Assembly: GCA_977016875.1 (NCBI GenBank) | Contig: CDRNST010000194.1 | Span: forward strand, 1,116,001 to 1,180,000 | Length of the DNA stretch: 64,000 nucleotides | Source of the DNA: Pavona decussata | Lineage: Eukaryota | Direction: 5' to 3' | Shown: piece by piece, positions 13,559-24,736 of the stretch | How the letters are laid out: every line of letters starts with the position of its first letter | Numbering within the stretch: the first letter of the stretch is position 1 | The notes under the pieces: generated by a model | What the model saw: the letters and a program-made list of their open reading frames with translations, nothing else | The model's database searches: none | What the model was told of the DNA's origin: nothing | Translations under genes and position numbers: made by a program

Positions 13559-13661
13559 GTAAGCACAACACGTGTATTTTCCCTGTTGCTTTCCTTATGA
13601 TGTTGTTCTAGTTTTTTTTTTTTTACTTAATAATCATTTCTGTATCAATATATTTTCGCAG

Positions 13662-14005
13662 ATTGCACGAGATCTTGTCCGTTTCTTACGATGTATTAGC
13701 GCAGACGAACTTGATTCCCCTCCCCGGTCCCCCACGTTTGTCAAACCACATCTACATCCTCCCCTGAGTCCATCCTCTTCGGTCAACACTGATGACGTTC
13801 CTTATGTTGTTAACACCCATCCTCGTTCCACGAGTGTCTCAAAACCTGTATCACGGGCGTCTCTCACTCGCGGCAGTTCAATGGACAAAGGATTTTTAAC
13901 AAGGACTTCTTCAATAGAAAAAAGCACAATATCGCGTACAGGTTCAGTGGAAAAGACAAGAAAAACAGTAGCAGGAAGTTCTCCTACTTCAACTACTCCC
14001 CCAAA
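13662..14005 (+). CDS. RIC1: RIC1 coding exon with a Ser/Thr/Pro-rich linker
   Basis: ttcgcag / gtaagc boundaries. IARDLVRFLRCI followed by a low-complexity linker. Its phase 2 matches the next exon. Confidence 0.88.
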
Positions 14006-14253
14006 GTAAGCCTTTGTTGTTCCGTTAGCCCAATTGATGTTTTTCATACCTGGTCAGTCCAGTGATTTGTGTTTTTTTCAGAAAAGGCTTTGTAAATGCT
14101 GAAGATTAATTACATTCCAGCTGCGATTGCTTGTCATAAATCCTACTGTCTTAAGTAGGCTTTTTACTCCGAATTGTCTCTCTATATCTAGGTTTAACTG
14201 ATTGCCAGCAAAACAGGAGCCACAGACGGTAACATTGATTGGTTGAGCTGTAA

Positions 14254-14861
14254 AGCCGCAGCCACACGAGCGATTTTTTGCTCGCGCAGGTGATGCGATT
14301 TTTTCAAATTTTGTCGCGTCGCCAGCGCGAGGTGAAAATCGCACGTGTAGCCACCCTCGAACTTGCAATGCGACAGGTGAAAAAATCGCAAGAAAAAAGT
14401 CGCCAGAATTGAAATTTTCGCCACAAAATCGTAGAGATAGCGCCCGTGTAACCACCTTGCAACTAAGCGTCGTCATCCACAATAGCTCGGGAAACGCCGG
14501 GATCGACTGAAATTTCCATCAGAAGTTGATGGTGAAATCCTTGTTCCTTTCTCTTTGCGAGCCACGGAAGGACCCACGTTGACCTTTTCTTAATTTTCTT
14601 CTTCCTTCGTTTGCTTTTTATCGTCAAGAAGAAGAATGCAAATAGGCGATAAAACAATATCCTTGTCGGAAAGGGCCGTCCGCCATGTCTGTTTATAGCG
14701 CCAGGTCTCTTGAAGTATGCGATTCACAAGGCTTTCAATTTGTCGCCAAACTCGCTAGAATTTGTCACTCGTGTAGCCACCCTCTCGCTCTGGCGACGCG
14801 ACAAAATTTGAAAAAAACGCATCACCTGTGCGAGCAAAAAATCGCTTGTGTGGCCGCGGCT
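14254..14861 (-). mobile_element. Non-autonomous PIF/Harbinger-type DNA transposon
   Basis: Long TIRs (agccgcagccacacgagcgattttttgctcgc / gcgagcaaaaaatcgcttgtgtggccgcggct) with a TAA TSD on both sides. Internal fragment RSTWVLPWLAKRKEQGFHHQLLMEI resembles a Harbinger transposase N-terminus. Confidence 0.85.
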
Positions 14862-14949
14862 TAATACCCCTACTTGTCAAGCAAAGCTAGTGCTTATTTA
14901 CAGCCCGTAATGTGACTCCTGTAACTTTATTTAATTGTTGTTTTCACAG

Positions 14950-15105
14950 AAGACCAAATGAGTTGGAAACTGCAGACAACTTTTTTATGGACACCATTTT
15001 AAATCGGCATGCCAGGTTGCTGCTAACAGCCAAGCGCCTCAGGGACCTGGGACAGTTTGCTGCTTATTTAGAATTTGCTCTGGTGCCTTGGCTAAGTAAA
15101 GAGAA
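14950..15105 (+). CDS. RIC1: RIC1 coding exon
   Basis: ttcacag / gtaagt boundaries. ...ADNFFMDTILNRHARLLLTAKRLRDLGQFAAYLEFALVPWLSKE. Confidence 0.92.
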
Positions 15106-16528
15106 GTAAGTGAATTGTGAATTTTCTTTGCTAAACTATTTCATGTTCACACAAGGAAACGCAGGAGATCAGAGAAAAAAAAATGGACCTAGGTCATTTT
15201 AGGCCACTGGTCGTGTAATGCACACATTAAAAAAAAGACTCATTTCTAGGATTTGCAAAGAGGTTGTACCACAAAAGTCCTTTTTTTTCTAAACGATTGC
15301 CCAGAAAAGAAAACAAAGAGATATTCCAGCCCGCTGCACAGCCACCCTGCATTGACGACTTGGCTCATAGAGCGCTTTGATTGTAAAATGAAGCCCCTCT
15401 TGGATCGGTCATCAATATTGAAGACATATTGTTTCGTTTTACAATAAAGATACATCTCTGTGAAGCTCACAATGGAAAGACATATCCTTAAAGAAAAATC
15501 AACCACCGAAATAGAGGACATGGAGGTCTTAAGAGTGTTGAAAATCCATTTCCTGTTCGTATTTGGAAGAATCTAAATTCCACTTAAAAATTGAAACCAG
15601 ACCTCGAACTGAAAACGGATTTTACAAGACCCGAGAAAACGCTACAGTACAGTGATTTTTGTTTTGTTTCAAATGTAGATATGTAGTGTTTGTTTTTACA
15701 AAAGACTAAATGATCTGATCAATTGAGCTTAAATTCATTAACGTCTGTAATGTGCCTGGCAAAGCTTAAAACAGAGACGAAGTTGTCGGTAAAAATCACC
15801 TGCCGGCTTGCACGCACGGCATAAAATAGCAAGTCGGTCATTCTATTTCCTTGTGATGCAAAGAATCAAATCTATTTCACATGTTGCTTTTGTGAGTCGC
15901 AGTTGTTGCGTTTTCCATTTAAAGTTCAGCACAATTGCCAAATGAAGTTCCCTTTATTAAGTTCTTGTTGAAATGACAATTTCAAATCAGTGTGATAATT
16001 GGTAATTCAAATTCCCCACATATGGCTTGTGTATTTTGTAACAATGTTGAGCTTGAAAAAGGGATAGTTAAATTGTATTTATCATGGCCAACAGGGGGAA
16101 TCATTAAAATCAGAGTTGGATTGAGGTCAGGGTATTCCGCTCGAGCCCAGACTTGAATCTGCTTTCAATCATTACACCTATACCAGTTCATAAAAGTCTT
16201 TCTTGAAACCGAAGATGCTTCTATCTAGAGTGAATTTCATCCATGCCAACAAAACGACATTCTGGTACCTCTATGGCATTGCTTCCTATAGAGTCCCCCT
16301 CCCCCATTAAGGATCCAGCCATACTAGATACCTTTCCACAAGTCTATCCAGTTATAAAATAAGCCTTTTTTTAACTACAATACTATCATGTATCTGCTTT
16401 TCACCATTTGCTAGAACCTAACTACGCTAGTACTAGCTGTCTACAGCTTCTTGTCTGTGAAAGGTTTAAAACCTGAATTGAGATAAACAGTGAAATCCTA
16501 CTGAATGTGTGTATCTTTTTTTACATAG

Positions 16529-16662
16529 GGATCGTGCCGCCCGAGTAGATGATTTCAACGAAACTCTACAAAGTATCCATAAATGTTTCAGTCTTCCCTA
16601 TCCTGCTGTTAATCAGATGACGCCATCTGTACCTCTCTCGCCCAAAACATTCACCAGATATG
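16529..16662 (+). CDS. RIC1: RIC1 coding exon
   Basis: acatag / gtgagt boundaries. DRAARVDDFNETLQSIHKCFSLPYP... Confidence 0.9.
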
Positions 16663-17002
16663 GTGAGTCCTGGCCCAAGGGTAAAGTTTGGAATTTCTAT
16701 AACGGGACAATAACGGGACATGTGTTTATATTACAAGTATTTGCGCAATAACGGAACTACGTTAAACTAAAGTGATTGACAGTATAAAAGATGACAACAG
16801 ACGTTTGTTTGCTTCGTTACATCATTTTATTGGGGGAATATATGCACATGGCAACTTGACTTTAATTTGTTGTTCCTTTTACCATATTCCGACTCCATTG
16901 CATCCCTAATGGCACTACCGTATAGAGCAAACACAAACCAACAGCGTTTAACTTTTGATAAGAGAAGCAAAGACCGATACAACATAGAATTACGTTTTAG
17001 AG

Positions 17003-17045
17003 TGTACTATATTTCAGCTGGCCAAACCAGCCTTCTTCAGGTACA
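17003..17045 (-). ncRNA. Minimal type I hammerhead ribozyme motif (core intact)
   Basis: Minus strand: UGUAC-CUGAAGA-A-GGCUGG-uuugg-CCAGCU-GAAA-UAUA-GUACA. Stem I, both core boxes, stem II and a short palindromic stem III are present. Confidence 0.7.
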
Positions 17046-17526
17046 ATGAGAATTTGCATTGGGACATGTGTTATATTACAAGTATTTGCGCCATAACGGA
17101 ACTACGTTAAACTAAAGTGATTGACAGTATAAAAGATGAAGCAAATGAAATAATAAAAAGGAAAACAGCTAGTAAATTTCTTCGTGAACATTCAGGCCAC
17201 GTGGAAGAAGTGTTCTGCCTTGTGAGATTAGAAAGGCTTCCCTGGCCTTACCGATTGAGTCTCGGTTGGAGTAGACTTTTTCTATGGGCATTGATTGCAA
17301 AACATCTACTCCAACCGAGACTCAATCCATAAGGCCAAAGAAGCCTTTCTAATCTCAAAAGGTGGAACACTTCTTCCACGTGGCCTGAATATTCGCGAAG
17401 AAATTTACTAACTTTTTTCCTTTTATTTCATTTGCTTCATCTTTTATACTGTCAATCAGCTTTACGTAGTTTCGTTATTAAGCAAATACTTGTAGCATAA
17501 GCGCATGTCCCAATGCAAATTCCCAT

Positions 17527-17569
17527 TGTGCCTGAAGAAGGCTGGTTTGGCCAGCCAAAATATAGTACA
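17527..17569 (+). ncRNA. Minimal hammerhead ribozyme motif (core mutated GAAA>AAAA)
   Basis: UGUGC-CUGAAGA-A-GGCUGG-uuugg-CCAGCC-AAAA-UAUA-GUACA. Confidence 0.6.
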
Positions 17570-18386
17570 CTCTGAAACGTAATTCTACGTTGTATCAGTC
17601 TTTGCTTCTCTTATCGTTTGTATTTGTTAAGCCGATCAGATCAACAATTGTAACGTATACCAGCAGGATTATCGTCCACGGTTGTTGTTTTAATAGACAT
17701 TACTCATTTTTTCGGTTGCCACCTGTGACTCAACAAAGTCTGTGCTTAGCTACCTGCTGAGATTGACATCGAACTTCAGTTCATAAAGGCAGCAATGCTT
17801 TCACACCACTCAGCCCATGTAATGTGATTTGAACTATCTTCAACACCTGGTGATACAAACCACCAATACTGTACATATCGTCCTCAATCCCACTGAGACA
17901 TCTGCACTGAGACAAGGTGTTCAAGATATCCAGCATGGTCTTACAAGGTAACTGGTTATTGGTCGGTACAGGTCCGACTGATAATCGAAGCCGTCGCCTC
18001 CCTATATACAGTTTGGCACTGTACCAACGGCCATTACTGGAATGGTAGCTTTTAGTTTTGGTTTTACTTTCAGGTAGCATGTATTTGGGACAATAAATCT
18101 TGACATGTTGAAAACAATACGTCTCATTATTACTCATATAGTATTTCATAAGATGTTTTTGTCTAATAAAATTTGCCAGATATCAGTGTTTGTCATGACG
18201 GTCTCCTCTGCCCTCGGGATGTAATATCAATGAATGCACTCAGCCAGGGTTCGTCACACTCATACTTGTTCTTTTGTACCCTTTAGTTTCAGGCTGGCTC
18301 ATTAGATTTTATTCCAGGCCATAAGAAGGTACATGTTCGTATATATGTGTTTCTTTCTGTTATTAAGATAACATTTAATTCTGTAG

Positions 18387-18533
18387 GTCGATTTTCATCC
18401 GTGTCCTCGTCAAGCAGTGCCGTTGGTGGTCGACAACACTTAGATGAGTTGGAGGGTGGGTTGGAGCTTGGGATTGAGCTGGGAGAGGAAATGGATGAGG
18501 AGCAGGAGGCACACCTGTCTCCAGCCTACAGGA
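18387..18533 (+). CDS. RIC1: RIC1 coding exon (acidic, low complexity)
   Basis: ctgtag / gtaagt boundaries. A phase 1-1 open frame GRFSSVSSSSSAVGG...AYR. Called on splice signals and phase, not homology. Confidence 0.72.
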
Positions 18534-18847
18534 GTAAGTAAAGACAGGATACTACTCACGTGACAAATCAACTAATTTACCATAAAAGATAAGACACGCA
18601 AGTCGGAAAATTACATGAATGCAATTCTTATATTAGTACAACAATGCCGGAACTACCCTGTGTAAAGCATAATAAACGGCACAACAGGGAAGAACTTCTC
18701 AATGACATTTACTTGAATGGTAGCAATTTAGGATTCCATTTAAAGCTGGAAACCACCTTGTACAACGTAAAAAGCAGTCCCATCATAGATGATTACAATA
18801 AAGGACCATGAGATAACCCTTTAAACTGGTTCATGGTTTATCGGCAG

Positions 18848-19022
18848 ATGATGAAATAGGACGTGTCAGCGGGGACCCATCAGAAACCAGCTCCTTGGCG
18901 TACTCATTAGATGGCGAGGAGGACTGGATCTGGGGAGTAGAGGGACCTGGGTTTGTGGATGTGCAGGAGATTCGTGCCCAGCTAACGTTCAAGGGCTCGG
19001 TCCAAGCGCTAAGAGAGATAAG
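18848..19022 (+). CDS. RIC1: RIC1 coding exon
   Basis: ggcag / gtcagt boundaries. DEIGRVSGDPSETSSLAYSLDGEEDWIW...KGSVQALREI(R); phases fit both neighbours. Confidence 0.8.
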
Positions 19023-19582
19023 GTCAGTTTGTACAGTAACTAAAGTAATATTCAGGAGAGCCTCTCCATCACAAATAAGCCTTAGCTATTCGATGGAACA
19101 ATATTGGGCGGTATTGGTTGCCCAGATCAGTTCATTCCCCGGTAGAAATCGTCCATGCGCTGTAAATGATGGAAGGAAAATTTTGTAAATGAACATCCCT
19201 TAATTTCGCCATGCATAACAACAACTAAGGGATGACGCTTATTGAAAACACGGCTCGTGTTAGATGAGAATGATCATGATAGTCAGGACAGGACCTTCCT
19301 TTTCAGGGCAACACCTTTTCATCAAAGCTCGACGAAACAATGTTTATTTAAAAATTGACTTGAGATAAATATTTGATTTGATTGACTGAATGGGTTATAG
19401 GGAGGTAGGTGTCCTTGCAAACACAATACTATTTCCACTCTTATCATGGTACAATAAGTCCTGTCCGTGTACAGTTGTCGTGAGCGTTTCACTAAAGCAC
19501 GAGTATTTCCTGGGTTTCAAGGAATCGAAAGGTTGAGTTGCCTCCTGCCCATCTGGTGACATACTGCACAAAGCATTAAGTC

Positions 19583-20817
19583 CAGGGTTTGAGCTAGGAT
19601 TTGATCACTGGGGGACAATTTTTCCCCTTGGCTAAAATTTTGGGGGACATTTTTATTTTTAGGGGGACAGATAAATTAATGTTTATTCAACAGTTTTTTA
19701 CATTGATACAGGCAAGCCAACAAAAACATTTTTTTAGCTGATCCTTGTAATACAAGAACAGTGATCAATACAAACAAGAAAAGTTAAGTTATTGGTGTCA
19801 AGACTTTTTTTTCTCGTCATATTTAAACAGAGGATCAATGACTATACTTTATACTTCAAAACATTTCACAGTAGAATCTCGTCTCGGCATCCCCTTGTAA
19901 ACTTCAATTCCTTTCTTAATTACTGGTAGACGTACATGTACTAATTCTTCTGTTGGCTCTAGCCCAAACATCAAGGGCTGTAGAAAAGTCAAAGTCCCTA
20001 ACCCTAGTTTGTCAATGTTAGACTTCAGAACAGTAGCATTAGCATCTTGCATACCTTCTGCACTTTGATGAGAATGATAGGTAGCATTTCCTCCCACTCG
20101 AAGATTCTTAACACTTTCGAGGCCAACTTCATCCAGAAAATTGAGTAGTGAGTCATACTTAACTGTGGCTATGTCCTCCTTGGCCAGCCAGTAGAGGGCT
20201 CTCATTGCTGTGAGGATGGCTTGCGATTGTTCTCTAGGAACACGGCGCTGTGTGTTGCTGAACGTATCCCTCATAGCTTCTTCATTAACAGCATCCTCAT
20301 GTTCTTAACAGTCTTTATGTCTTTGCAGAGTTGAGGTTCTAAAATTTGTACACCCTTCTGCCGATACAAAGGGGTTGTCGTCTTAGATTTCCGACAAAAA
20401 TAGCAGAACATCGCCTCCTTTTCATAGCGCAACCATGTGTGATCTCGCAACCAAGTTTTCTGGAAAGTTCATGATTTTTTCAGTTTCCGTTGATCCTCAT
20501 CCGTTTCTTCCTGATTAATACACTGTTCTTCTTCTGTATCATTTTTCTCTGATTCAGTCTGGCTTCGATTTGGAGCGAAAAAGCTTTCTGTTGTGAAACG
20601 TGACTTGAGAATGAACTTTGAACGAACAAAGTGCAGTAAAATATACTTTCCACGTTCTGTTTAGCTTGCAATTTCTGGGATCCCTTCATGTCTGCTTCCC
20701 TTCGAGTTTTTCCCTAAATTTTGAAGGGAACAAATTGTCCCCTTGGCCGTTTTTTTAAGGGACAATTTCAATTGCAGTGCGGGATTGGCGCAATGGCACG
20801 GCCTGGCTCAAACCCTG
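19583..20817 (-). mobile_element. Internally deleted hAT transposon with a ZNF862-like transposase remnant
   Basis: TIRs cagggtttgagctagg / cctggctcaaaccctg. 8-bp TSD attaagtc / gttaagtc (7 of 8 match). Subterminal ggggaca motifs. Zinc-finger remnant WLRY..MFCYFCR and the segment LYWLAKEDIATVKYDSLL. Confidence 0.88.
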
Positions 20818-20879
20818 GTTAAGTCTGCAACAAAGAAGACTTATGTAAACTTAGTTGTTGTTGATTATTCTTTTCAAAG

Positions 20880-21071
20880 GTTCTTGCTGCAGATGTTTAT
20901 GGAAGCCAAGTGTCACGACTGGTGGTTCATACTTTCCTTGGTATTGCGTGATAGCACGTGTCTGACGGACTTCATTGACGATGCCATCAAACTTCACACC
21001 ACAACTGCGGAATCACTATCTCGGATTAAGGACGGAATTGAGTCGTTAGAGGCCTGGGCTGAGCAGAATTG
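20880..21071 (+). CDS. RIC1: RIC1 coding exon
   Basis: ttcaaag / gtaatt boundaries. FLLQMFMEAKCHDWWFILSLVLRD...LEAWAEQN(C), the RIC1 C-terminal helical region. Confidence 0.88.
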
Positions 21072-22518
21072 GTAATTTGCATAGTAAAAAGATCTGTTTA
21101 ATCATAGCCTGAATATTTAAAAGCACTGACTTGATTAATCTTTAGACTTATAATTAAAATTTATAATACTTTACAGATAATTTTAACGTGGTAAAAGTAA
21201 AACGTTTTTATATAGAGCATAAAAGGCAGATATGCATACATTTATTCAGTGACTAAATGCATGGTAGAAAATCATAAATGCCTTGACAGCCTTGTTGTTG
21301 GGTTTTGGAAGTCAGCGATTTTGCCTGTCAGTATTGGAAATCATTGTACGCGCTGCTACTATAAAGTACTGTCAACATTTGACCACCATTACAAACATAA
21401 TACAACCGGAATATACGTCATTAATTCACGTTACAATTTAAGATATGTACAAACATATTTAGAAAAATATGCAATTTAGAAAAAATCGGGATATTGAGAA
21501 CTTTTCATGACAATTTCCAGAACATATTTAGACCATTTTTTGAGATATTTGTATCTAAGCCTAGTTCTACATCTTCTCAGTTTCTTCATGTCATTCATAT
21601 CATTGTTCTGTCGTCATAACCCACCATTGACGACTTTAAGAAACAGAAAGAAAAACGAAAAAACTTTGTGAAGGAGGAAGATTTCAAAGCCAAGCGACCA
21701 GGAAATCAACGGAAGTAATCATCTTAGGGGATGATATTAAAACCCAAGTGGGGAAACTTCTGTCAAATACTTATAAGGGCGAAAGTTTTCCTTATTAAAC
21801 TAGCTTTTGCAAAAGCAATATTTATTTCAGAAATAAAAGTAACCACCCAGTATCTATTGTAATCCAATCAGTTATTAAAGTTTATTGCATGAAAGCAACA
21901 AGGTAATAATAGCTTTTCCAATGGCGTAAAAAAGGTAAAATTAACAACAACAAAAAACGTAACCCATTTAAACTAGATAACTTGTGTAGGCTATCAGTAA
22001 GTATTGCCTTTTCCTCCTGCCACAACCGGGTAATTCACTGTGCATGCTCTGGGCTTTATTAAACCACGGGAGAGGGAGAGAGGGGAGACAGGGAGGTTGC
22101 GGTGTTGGGGTCATTGTTAGCAGAAAATTTGTTTAAGGACCGCTACTACTGCACATACTTTTTGCACATCGTCCGAGAAATGCTAATTTCTTTTTACTAT
22201 GGTGCCTACTAATTCAAAGTTATTTTTACATGGCTTATGACTACGCGACAACGGATGATCTTAGCAAGGGCTGTTGAAATCTAAAAAGGATATTGAGGGT
22301 AATAACGCATTCTCATGCATTGTAATGTATTTTAAAGATACTTAGAATTGTTGTTGCTTAATTATCTTAGAAATGTGCGTGCTAACCCCAATTGCCCTTT
22401 TGGGTTTCAACAGTCGTTGCTATGATTTGCTTTTCCCGGATAGTAATGAACAGTGTAAAAATAGTTCTGTATTAGGTTAAATCAATATTATTTTTCATTT
22501 TGTTTTCCTTGTTTGTAG

Positions 22519-22765
22519 CCATGGCTACCATTTGTTTTTTGGTCTTCATAAGGAGCACTGGCTCGCTCTTGACAGAGCACTGACCGATGCAAAAGCTGTT
22601 TCCAAGAAACAAAAGGACAGCAGTCCATCCTCTGAGGCCAGCAATCCATCACCTCGCACTAGCACCAGTATGGAGAAGGACAAGGAAAGGACTGGAGACA
22701 AACAGGAAGATTACTTAGAAACGACCGAGGAGGACAAGGACGAGTACGAGTGCGTTTTATCATGA
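22519..22765 (+). CDS. RIC1: RIC1 terminal coding exon
   Basis: tttgtag acceptor. (C)HGYHLFFGLHKEHW...EDKDEYECVLS* restores the W-x4-C-x-GY motif across the junction. Confidence 0.85.
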
Positions 22766-22915
22766 TGTATGGTGCTAATTTTTACCGGTCATATTTTGTT
22801 GGCGCAGAAACTCTGTAAACTAATGGCGAGCTCTTCAAAAGCTTGGGTCAGTTATGTAATCTGGGGGGGACAATGTTAAGTTAAGTTAAGTTAAATGTAA
22901 CTGATAAATGAATCC

Positions 22916-23012
22916 CTCGGATTAAGGACGGAATTGAGTCGCTAGAGGCCTGGGCTGAGCAGAATTGGTAATTCGCGTATTTAAAAGATCCTTTTATTCT
23001 GGACTGAATATT
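22916..23012 (+). repeat. Partial duplicate of the RIC1 penultimate exon 3' end and donor site
   Basis: ctcggattaaggacggaattgagtcgctagaggcctgggctgagcagaattggtaatt matches ~21020-21077 with one mismatch. Weaker similarity continues into the intron. Confidence 0.9.
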
Positions 23013-23339
23013 TTAGAGATGATGCACCCATGGTACAATATTGTTGCAAACTAAAAAGGTCTGTTACTCTCTTGGGACAATTAGCTGATATGCTTTAGAA
23101 ACTGATGTTCCAAAACCTGATACACACTTTTTATGCTAGTTTGTGGAACTGCGTTAAGCTTATCCAGCTTATCACATAGTTAATTTCCTTATATTTTTTA
23201 TGTAATGTGTCAAAAACGAGGGCAAGTGCTTCGTCATGTTCATCAGGGATTCCAAACACCTCGAAATAATAAATCTAGGAGGTCGAACCTGTTTCTCGGT
23301 GTTTGGAACCCCTAATGAAGCACAAAGCCCAATTTTTCA

Positions 23340-24090
23340 ATGTCCATCCTATCTATTAAACTTAAAAATGGTCTCGCTTCCTGGAGCCAGGCATGGAAGG
23401 CTTATCTTTATGAAATTCTTATTCTCCAGAAAAGGACACTTTGCATGATTTATTTTACCGATAGTCGTGAACATGCTATTCCATTATTTGCTGATACGAA
23501 TATCTTACCATTGACGTTTCTATAATGCGAGTTTCCAACTTAATGTACGGCATTTATAATAATAACATGCCCCAAAACACATTGAAACTGTTTGGAAAAA
23601 CGTCTTTACGCCGATATAACACGCGGTCATCCAGCTCAGGAAAGGTTTACGTCCAAAACACTAGACTAGAAATACAAAAACGTCCTTTTTCTCAATTTGG
23701 CGTGAGACTGTGGAATGGTGATAGTGAGATTTAATAAGAGATTTGCCTAAGAAAGTATACAAAGGAGAAATTCGTCAGCTTCTCTTCGATACTTTAGCAA
23801 ATCAAACTGACTATACCCGAAACGTCTATAATAGTACAGAAAATAGGTCCAGGTAATTAGCTATAACTCGTTAATTTTCAAATTGTTGTTTTCCTTGTGA
23901 TTTCTTTACCTTTCCTAAATTCTGTTTCTACCGTTCTTAATATCTGATTGTTATAAATGTAATAATAATAATTATAATAATTTTATCCCATAAAAGTTGT
24001 AAATCTGACCTGCCTAGATTAGCACTCGTTACCTGCGGGTAAGTCTACTTTCTTGCTTTTTTGGTTGGATTTTGTAATAAAGCTATTAAA
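23340..24090 (+). mobile_element. 3' fragment of an L2/CR1-type LINE
   Basis: GLASWSQA..ILILQKRTLCMIYF...HAIPLF and YNTRSS...FSQFGVRLWN, then a UTR ending in aataaa. Confidence 0.8.
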
Positions 24091-24364
24091 CTGTTGTTTT
24101 TGACAAGACTTCTCAAAAGAAAGTTCTTAAAAGAGCTAGTGAATCTTGTCTTTTTTGTACGAAAATTGAAAAGCCGCTATTGACGAGCGGCAACTCTCAT
24201 TCTTTACTATGGATGGGGCAAATTCCACATGGTGTCACACAGTACTTCCTTGCGGCAGCAGCAAACAAATTTCATTTACTTTAAACCCTTATTCGAGTCA
24301 CGTTTGAGTGGCTGCTTCGTACGCGTCTTCTTAAATATTCGTTTTTATAAAGAATGATAGTCTG

Positions 24365-24650
24365 GAAGATTGCAGTGTGTTAACACCTGAATGCCAGATA
24401 AAAAATAAAAATCACACAAGGAACTAGGCGGGAACCTGAAACTAGCTCTGCGTTCAAATTTACAATAAAATCATGTAATAAACAAAGAAAATCAATTAAA
24501 TTAATATCTAAAAAAGTCTGTGCTTCATCTAGCTATTTTCTTGATGCAACAAGTGTTTAAGCATCTTAATCCAGCAAAAGACCTTGAAAGTTCTTACAAT
24601 GTTCAGGCTACTACTTAGGACATACTTCTGCATCCGTCCTAGGACATTTC
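24365..24650 (-). mobile_element. 3' end of an RLE-type non-LTR retrotransposon (same family as 51330-51917)
   Basis: VLGRMQKYVLSSSLNIVRTFKV plus a UTR that is the reverse-complement homologue of ~51645-51915. Confidence 0.8.
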
Positions 24651-24682
24651 TATTATTATTATTATTATTATTATTATTGTTA

Positions 24683-24736
24683 TTAAATACTTGTGAATTG
24701 TTCGTGGCTACCCACGAACAATTCACAAGTATTTAA
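24683..24736. other. Perfect 25-bp-arm palindrome with a 4-nt loop at the satellite boundary
   Basis: ttaaatacttgtgaattgttcgtgg-ctac-ccacgaacaattcacaagtatttaa, preceded by (TTA)n. Confidence 0.95.

Larger units (their letters stand above)
16957..17615. mobile_element. Penelope-like element remnant arranged as a ~320-bp-arm inverted repeat
   Basis: Arms ~16957-17275 and ~17305-17615 are reverse complements. The right arm encodes IYSNRDSIHKAKEAFLISKGGTLLPRGLNIREEIY*, resembling a GIY-YIG C-terminus. Each arm has a hammerhead motif. Confidence 0.85.

Noticed and set aside
17780-17947. Possible extra 168-bp RIC1 cassette exon (cag...gtaact)
   Set aside because: It has several stop codons in the required frame and no homology support.
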